A DNA stretch of 64,000 nucleotides. It comes from the human T2T-CHM13v2.0 reference genome, Homo sapiens. The translations under genes were made by a program, and so were the position numbers. Shown here one piece after another: positions 55,591 to 64,000 of the stretch. Location of the stretch: NCBI RefSeq assembly GCF_009914755.1, contig NC_060934.1. One strand, given 5' to 3'. A model generated the notes under the pieces. The model saw only the letters and a program-made list of their open reading frames with translations, searched no databases and had not been told where the DNA came from. Positions within the stretch are counted from its first letter, which is position 1, and every line of letters starts with the position of its first letter.

Positions 55591-55900
55591 TGTTCTACCC
55601 CCAATTTTATCTTTAATTTTTAGCATAATTCTAAACATTAACAGCAACTCAAGTATTAAATGAGTCCAAGAATTGACATTACAGGAAGCCATCTTATTGA
55701 CATACCGTCTGATTTTCAGAGTTGTCTGTTTCCAATTGTGCTCCTGGAAGTGGTGATGGACATACTCTCTTCCATTCACTCTGACCACACATGTCATATG
55801 GCAGTTCGAAGTTAAGGGTTTAGAATGTGGCAACAGATACCAAGGACTTTTGAATGCTACCTATATACAGTTCTATGCCAGCGCATATAACTTAGAAACA

Positions 55901-56166
55901 TTTTTGAGATGGAGTTTCCTTCTTGTTGGCCAAGGTGGAATGCTATGGTGCGATCTCGGCTCACTGCAACCTCCACTTCCTGGGTTCAAGCAATTCTCCT
56001 GCCTCAGTCTCCCGTGTATCACGCTTGGCTAATTTTTTTTTTCTTTAGTAGAAATGGGGTTTCACCATGTTAGCCAGTCTGGTCTTGAACTCTTGACCTC
56101 AGGTGATCTGCCCACCTCGGCTTCCAAAAGTGCTGGGATTACAGGCATAAGCCACTGCCTCTGGCC
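55901..56166 (-). mobile_element. AluS (Sq/Sp-like), antisense, with internal deletion
   Basis: gagatggagtttc..tcttgttg..caagg; part of the right arm is missing. Confidence 0.88.
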
Positions 56167-57874
56167 ACAATATCATATTATTATGATTTCTTTGTGGGCA
56201 AAAATGCCCAGAAGTGCCTTTGATTGGTTCTTTGGTAATAATGAATTCTTCCTGTCATCTTAAACCATCTCATATCCTTGCCATCAGAGGACTCAAAGGG
56301 TTGCTGTCTGAAATCTAGATCAACAGTAGTGAGAGCCTCTGATCCTCAGAGGTTAAGGGAACATTTCTGATTAATAGTATAATGTAGCCACTTAGTCCAA
56401 TGGTATTAATGTAATTCAGTAATGTTCCCAAACAGTTAAAATAATTTGACTTGAGTTTTCCAAGTTCTTGCTAAGCTTTTTCAAAAAATATTATTTTTAG
56501 GAATGTATTGTTTTCTTATTTGCTTTTTGATTCTCTTGTCTCACATTTTCTTAATGAAAGAAAATTTTGATATGGTGCTTTTTCAGATAATAGAAATAGT
56601 ATAATGTGCTCACTTCTCTGGTAGATGATTTATTTTATACTTCCTTTATTTTCTATCTCCTCTGCTTCCCTCTCCTTCTTCACCTTCCTTTCCGTAGCTC
56701 TTTTTTCTTTACCTTTTCACAAGACCCCACCTCTTGTTTACGTGCCTTTATGCTTAAGTCAATCCATAAATATAGACAGAAAGACAGAGAAATGTCAGCT
56801 TTCTATTTTGAGCAGGAAATTACCTTCTGAGAATGTTTATAAAAATGGATTGCTTCTCCCAGGAGATTCATTCATCAAGACAGAAGTTGGTCCTCCTGTA
56901 CAAAATGGAATGGAAATAGAAACAGTCAAGATACACTAGGATAAACACAGCAATCAGAGATTGGGTGGGGAGGGGAAGCCTAATTTGGAGGAAAAACGTT
57001 GGCTGCTTTTGTGAGGCAAAGAAATAGAACAGCAAATGTTCCTTCAAATTGCAGCAAGAAAGGAAGGTTATCCAGGGATGTACTAGACTTCTAAAATTTT
57101 ATTCAGAACTCCTTTGAACCAAGGCTGAGCTCCTAGAATTATAAGTGAACCCCATGCATATGTCAACATCATAATTTCATGGGATTCTAGATCATAAAAG
57201 CTGGAGGACACCCTAAAGAAACAAAGGCTGTATCTTACCAAAAGTCACACAATTAGTTCGTGGCACCTGGGACTATAATCCAGATACTCTAATACCCAAG
57301 TCAATTTTTATGTCACTGCTTTACAAGGACTGTAATTGATTTCTGGTTCCTGAAAATGCACCTTCCACATCAGCTATGTCCTTCCATATCCTCTCTAGTT
57401 TGTTCTATGGGATGTGATCATCAGGTATAATGCCAGTGATATCTCCCAAACTGGCAACCTCATTGTCAATATCACTACCTCTTAACTTAAAGAAGAGTGA
57501 CATGTTAGATTATGCAGTCTAACAGGGTATGCTTACTTTTACCCAAGGAGAAGAAGTTTAACAAATGGTCTATAGTTGAAAATCCATCCTAAGAATATTC
57601 AAGGATTTTTCTTAACACATTGGCATCTTTTTTTTTTTTTTTTTTTTGCACATATAACATGAAGTAAAGATTTTTGGTTGTTTTCCCATTATGTGTAGAA
57701 AATAGCAGTTGGCATACTTTAAACGTATTTTTCAGATACAAAGACTTATGAGGTAATTTGCACCTACTACAACTAATGTACTGCCAGAAGTCTGGGTAGG
57801 CAGTCTACTATGACTTTAACTTCTTAGGGAGAAAGCCTTTGTTTGCTTCCCAAATCACTCTACCTTTTCTATAA

Positions 57875-58205
<331 letters not shown>

Positions 58206-59432
58206 TCAAAGAAAATGTTTTTTGCGAGACATGGTTTTTCTCTGCTCCGTGTGGTTTAGAAAGAGACAAGTTGGCAGTGCACAGCTTCCTTTGTGATTGT
58301 CCTTTTGCAATTGGGATATTTTTCTTTCTGCCTACAGTTATTTATTCTGCCTTTGAAGTCATTATTTTTATTAAATTTATTTACACAACACCAAAGATTG
58401 TTCTGATTTTGTTGCTCAGCTCTTTCTAAACATTTGTCTTTAGGTGATATTCATTTTCCTCCTATCTACAGAAAACATGGACATGCACACAATTTATTAA
58501 AATAGTCTATTACTTTAGGTGGTCTTATCACATCCTATATAACACATGAATAATAAAATAGGTTTGATTCTAAAGTAAGCTAGTTAGAATGTCTTCAAAT
58601 AGAAATAATATAAAAAGAACATAAAAGTGTTCTATTGAAGAGATAGTTTTATATGAAGATTAATTTATATGTACTCCCCTATCCGTCACTTGGTATTCAT
58701 TAGTTTGCAACATAGGTGATTTAATGTGACTTGTAAAACAACTTAATCCTCAGTGCTAAATACATATAGACTATCATGAGGAAATGGGTGACAGCTGAAA
58801 AACAAATGATCCACTTCCAAGGTATATTCTTTTGAGGTCAGAATGTGATCCACACTTACGATATATCTAAAAGCCCACTAGTGCAGATGGTTTAAAAATT
58901 AATTTTACCTGATGCCATGTAACAGCCAAAGCCATATAACTATTAGGTAGGCACTGAAGAGATATTATGAAGTATTAATTCTAACAAGCGTTAAAAAAAG
59001 TTAACTGAACTATTTTTGTTGTGTTCTTTGGTGTATTGTAGTGAATTAAGTCCCAGTTGTAAATATAAATTTCTCTTCATCATCAGTATTCTAAATTCTG
59101 ACTTTTGTGTGTGCTAAGAAGTGAAGCTCTATAAATGCTGAGTTACGGTGACAAAGACGAATTACTCTCCAGAAAACGATACTGCTGGAATTAATAGAAA
59201 TGTTTCCTTATTTGAAAATTAGTTGGGGGCCATTTATTTAGGAGAAATATGTTAAATTATGCTACTTTTCATGATATTTTCAGTTCTAGAATTCTGATTA
59301 TATAGCCTGTTGCTATTAAAAGATCATGTGCTGGGATTTTGGTTAAATCTCCTTAAAAAGTTTCCAGAAAGTTCAGTTCTGCAGGCACTGTTCCACAGTT
59401 TCATAGGAAATTTTATAATTTGAACTCTGTTT

Positions 59433-59595
59433 AGTGATGTGTTTTTAAAAGTGTGGTCCAGGACTACCTTTATCACAATCATCTGGGGAACCTGTCAGGA
59501 GCAAGGTTTTTGAAGTCCACCCCAAACCTTCTGAATTTCTGACTTAATGAAGGCCCCAGTTGACTCTGATACACCCTAAACATTGGGAACCACTG
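59433..59595. mobile_element. MER5A-like DNA transposon
   Basis: aaagtgtggtccaggac...ttgggaaccactg. Confidence 0.7.
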
Positions 59596-61175
59596 GTTTA
59601 TTAAGTAGTAATCCTTTTCCTTTTATAATTGTCTTCCCATGGAACTCTTTAAACTCTTGTTCTCTCCGTTAGCCCCTCGTTAACTACTACAATAGCAGAA
59701 GAAATAAATTACTTTCCTATCGGTAACAACCTTTTCCAACACCCTTCTTTCACATGGTGCCAGGAAGAGAGATTTGGGGTGGTTTTCAAAGGAAAAAATT
59801 GAGAAGTGGGTGCTTGATATTTATTTATTTCCACTCTTCCTTATTCATCTTTTATTGCTCCAACTCTGACACAGTATCAAAGAATGATCATGTTAAGGAC
59901 TTTCATTTATATAGCCCTCTGCCATGATAAAGCATTTACATATTATTTTTAAAAATTCATATAACTTGCTCCTAGAAAGAAATTTAGGTCATTTTGCCCA
60001 ATTCTGTCATTTTACATGTGGAGAAAATGATGCTTAGATAGGTTTTCTGGTTTGTTCAAGATCATACTCCTAATTATTGAAGGTGCTAGAACAGGGATCC
60101 AGGTATCTTGACTCCCAGAGCACTGATGTCTTCTGGCATGTTATTAAAAAAATCTTGTATATTGCACTTATTTATGTGAGGAGAAAATTGTTTTGTAGCT
60201 TGTACATCATCTTTGACTTGTTATTCTTAATGGTCTTGCTGCTTCCCAGGTCTGTTTCTATTTATTGTTAAGTTGTGGGAAAACAGCTGAAAAACACATT
60301 TCTTATTGAGTGAGCTTTTGTGCAAATTGTAGCTTTCAGAGGAATTTGATCCCTGCGGCTTGAGGTTGAATTTGGTAACACTTTATTTTAGGTGTCAAGA
60401 CGTGGTACATTTAATTAGCATTTACTGTAATAACACTGATCAGTGTGAATTCTGTTGATTAAAATGTGGATGGTAGTATTACTGTACCCTAAGCAGAATC
60501 CACCCACATGCTGTTAGGTTCACTGGACTCTCTTTCTCTCTCTTGCTCAATTTTGATTTAGAAAAACCAAAAAAACAAAAACTGCTTTCTCCTTCTTCCT
60601 TTGTAGTGTTTAATTAATGGTTGTTGGATATGCTCAAAGTATCCAGTGGAATGGGTATAAGAATAAGGTTCTTTGCCCTCCCAATTATGTGATAGCTCAC
60701 TTGAGGAGTTAATTAAATTTTGAATGTAGGCCACTTTGTATAACATACTATGGTGATAAAGTCATAATGCTCTAAAACAAAATCTAGACAGAGAGCTAAG
60801 AAGTGCAGTACATTACATTAGTAAAGATCCTTGTAATTGGACCTCATCTGGAAAGAGATAAGACAAGAGGAACATTGTAACTGGAATGAGAGGAGTGTCA
60901 CATTCTGTGCCTGAAAAATGGTGCTCCTGGAGAACAGAATCTGCTGAGCACAGAGACCATTTTTAATCAAGAAAAATGCTTTTTCTGAAGGAAACCTAAG
61001 CAAGAAACTCACCTGAACCAATTCCAGAGATTTTAAGTCAAGAAAAGTGAAGGCAAGTAGAATGATTTGGGAATAGATTTGTCACAGAAGCAGTAAGGAC
61101 ATAAAAGAACAGTGAAAGTTAGATCCTAGAGACATTTTTTTCCCACATCCAGAGTATTACAAAAGCATCCAACTA

Positions 61176-61478
61176 TTTTTTTTTTTTTTTTATAATAGAC
61201 AGGGTCTCACTCTGTCGCCCAGGCTGGAGTGCAGTGGCATGATCATAGCTTATTGCAGCCTTGAACTCCCGGGCTCAAGGAATCCTCCTGCCTCAACCTC
61301 CTGAGTAGCTGCAACTACAGACACATGCCACCATGCCTATCCAATTTAAAAATTTTTAAAAGAAATTAGAGCCTTACCATGTTGCCCAGGCTGGTCTTAA
61401 ACTCCTTTCTTAAAGGGATCCTCCCACCTCAGCCTTTCCAAGTAGCTGGGACCACAGGCGTGTTCCACAGTGCTCAGC
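61176..61478 (-). mobile_element. AluJ (Jo-like), antisense
   Basis: acagggtctcactctgtcgcccaggctgg...gatcatagctta..gcagccttgaactcc. Confidence 0.9.
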
Positions 61479-61519
61479 TCACCTATTCATTTATTTTATT
61501 CTTTGTAAAGAAAACTAAA

Positions 61520-63360
61520 ACAGTAACATAGTTTTCAGATAAAGTTATAATGAGTAGGATAGCACTATGAGCTCCTATAGGAAAAAAATGAATACAAAAA
61601 CTACTAGCAAAATGATAAATACGATATTCTGAAAAGCTGAATAAAATAGAATAAACACAATTTCAGTTGAGTAGCTGACTTTGGGGGAAAAAAGCAAAAG
61701 AGAGAGAGAGAGAGAGAGAGACAGAGCCCATCCCCAAACAAACAAACGAACAAGAAACAAAACCAAAACAAAATCCAAACTTGAAGGAAATAAGAAGTTG
61801 AAACGAAGGACATAACCAAGTGTGGGAACTCAGGCTGCTATGGGAGCGAATGCTGGTATGAGAGTTTGTCATGTGAATTAATGGCTTCCTGGTGGAGAAT
61901 CCTGTGGAGATTATACCTAAGGCTTGTCAGAAAGGGGCTAAACCTGGACCCTCAAAGGGGTAGCACTCTTCAGAGGAAAATAGCCCAGAAAAAACTTCAC
62001 TTGGCTGGCAAACTGAACAAAGAAACCTCTCCGACACCTTGGTGGCTCTGGTTTTAGGGAAGAGACAGGAACTTTCTTGAGAATTTGCAACTACAGACCT
62101 CAGGCCTCCCCTCATCCAGATGTGGAGTTTGAATTTAAATGGCCTGCTTATTGAAATTCAAGCCCAGACATTATTTTAAAGTAATCCTTGCTTGGAGACT
62201 TCCCTATAGTGTCTAATTGAGGCAAGTATAAAACTTCCTTAAAAAAACCACCTGCAGCTCAAGACCTCAAAATTCCTAGGGACTGAGTTTAGCCAAATAA
62301 TATGTGATGAAAAATAATGACCATGTTGGTAAATCATGAGCAAGTTAATGAAAATGACAACAGGTTTAGATTTTAAAACACTTCAGATATTAAGATTATT
62401 AACAAAATAGCACACACAAAAAATAGAGATGGCAAGAAAAAAATGAGCAGTAAGTGAGACATTGTCAAATATGCCATGCAGATTTAAAAATGAATGTGTA
62501 GAAATAAAAATAAAATTGATAAAATTAACTCATAAATATATTAGAGTCAGGTGAAGAGAGAATTAATAAACTGGAAGATTAATCCAAGGAAGTTATCCAG
62601 AATGCAAAATATAGAGGAATAGATGAAAAATATGAGCGATTAAGATATTTGGAGGATTAAATAATAAGTACTAACATATAGCTACCCAGATTAGTAGACT
62701 GAAAAAATAGAATGAGGAAGAAGCAATATTTGAAGAAGTAATGCCTTAGTATTTTCCAGAATGGATGAAAGATGAAAATTCTTAGATAAAGTGCTGAGTG
62801 TATTTCACTAACAATAAATAGAAACTCATACTGAGATGTATTGTAAAAAATTGTAAAATAATAAAAACGAAGAGAAAATATTAAAAGTAGACTGAGTGAA
62901 AAATATGTACAAAGGAGTAACAGAGACTTACTATCTTCAAAGTGCTGACAAAATAATTAAAATTAATTAAATAATTAAAGTATTTAAATAATTAATAAAA
63001 TTAAGTTTATCTGAAGTCAAGTGCCTAGAAAATTTATATATCAAGAATGAGGAATAACTAAATAAAAAGCTTAGGGCACTTACTGTTACCAGACCTTCAT
63101 TAAAAGTACTTCATAAAGATAATAGAATATATAAGAAATAGATAAAATAATCCCAGAAAGATGTTCTGATAATTTTTTCAAAAGATGTGCAAAGAAAATA
63201 GTATGTATGTGTGAAATTATGAGCTTTAAATATGAAGTATTAATAATGCATAATATGTGATATTAGAAGAAGTTCTAAGATCCTAAGATATAAAAAAAAT
63301 ATTGTACAAAAATAACACATGAGACAGGAGGGAGTTGATTAGGCCTGAGCTCAAAAGGTA
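61520..63360 (+). mobile_element. HAL1/ancient L1 5'UTR-ORF1 relic, containing (AG)~11 at about 61699-61720
   Basis: gaagagagaattaataaactggaagat...gaagcaatatttgaagaagtaatg...ttttccagaa is decayed ORF1-like sequence. Confidence 0.6.
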
Positions 63361-63370
63361 AATGACAACA

Positions 63371-63430
63371 CTACTACTACTGCTGCTGCTACTGCTGATG
63401 CTGCTGATGCTGCTGCTACTACTACTACTA
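63371..63430. repeat. Interrupted CTA/CTG trinucleotide repeat (20 triplets) at a MIR tail
   Basis: (CTA)3(CTG)3CTA(CTG)2ATG(CTG)2ATG(CTG)2(CTA)5. Confidence 0.9.
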
Positions 63431-63588
63431 GTTTACATAAATTTCACGCTAGTGATATGCCAGCCATGTTCTGATTGCTGTATGTATATTAATGGAAATT
63501 GACGGCCATAATAACCTTATGAGGTTAGTGATATTATCTCCATTTTTCAGATAAGAAACCTGACAATGAGAATCCACAGAAGTGACAC

Positions 63589-64000
63589 TGCAGCGGGATA
63601 ATTAAGGAACCAGAGAGACCGAGGGGTTGAGGAGGAATTATTTAATTATTTAGGTGCACAGACCGAGTCCAATGAACATCCAAAGGACTGAGCCCTGAAC
63701 AAAGAATCAAGCTACCTTTTAAGCATTTTGTGGGGTGGGGGGAGATTTGTGCAGGGGGAAGTGTATTACAGAAGTGAGAAATAAAGACAGTTATTTAAAT
63801 TAAGACATGCATTACATTATTTCTTACTTTTCAAGGAACAGCATGTTTTATGACTTGAGTTTATCTGTTTAGTGACCTCGCAGCTACACAGCTAGAGAAA
63901 CAGTCTTCACAATGCCTGGGGAAAGGAGAGATAAGGCTCACTAGCCACAGAAAAACAGGCAGTCAATTTTTAAAGGACTTCAGCTCTTTCTCTTCCTCAG
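63589..64000 (-). mobile_element. ERVK-class LTR (probably LTR14C-like), runs off the window
   Basis: Abrupt start TGCAGCGGGA (CA end on - strand) interrupting a MIR; - strand GAGGAAGAGAAAGAGCTGAAGTCCTTTAAAAATTGACTGCCTG resembles recalled HERV-K14C-type LTRs. Confidence 0.55.

Overview
Primate (most likely human) genomic DNA from inside the GPR158 gene, which lies on the + strand. The only host coding sequence is one 106-nt exon (5282-5387, exon 2, R|GVMKVDINLQKVDIDQCSSDGWFSGTHKCHLNNSE). It is preceded by about 5 kb of intron 1 and followed by about 59 kb of a very long intron 2. The intron is mostly transposon relics: a full-length but dead antisense L1PA2-type LINE-1 with TSDs (31523-37580), about 12 Alus, MaLR/ERV LTRs, hAT/Tigger DNA transposons, L2, L3, MIR and old L1. 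Two features are missing from the ORF track: an old, intronless PRDM9/PRDM7-family pseudogene on the - strand (about 28759-29382; KRAB, SSXRD, zinc knuckle and first half of PR/SET, with no zinc-finger array), and a 36-nt U2 snRNA retro-fragment with TSDs (41742-41777). Three separate signals could end GPR158 right after its ectodomain-coding exon 2: an intronic stop plus AATAAA, an Alu cryptic exon behind a 311-nt pyrimidine tract, and the L1 antisense polyA site. The L1 antisense promoter and an intact ORF0 point into the downstream exons. Repeat subfamily names, protein comparisons and exon numbering outside the window come from recalled reference sequences, not from searches. Boundaries of old repeats are approximate.
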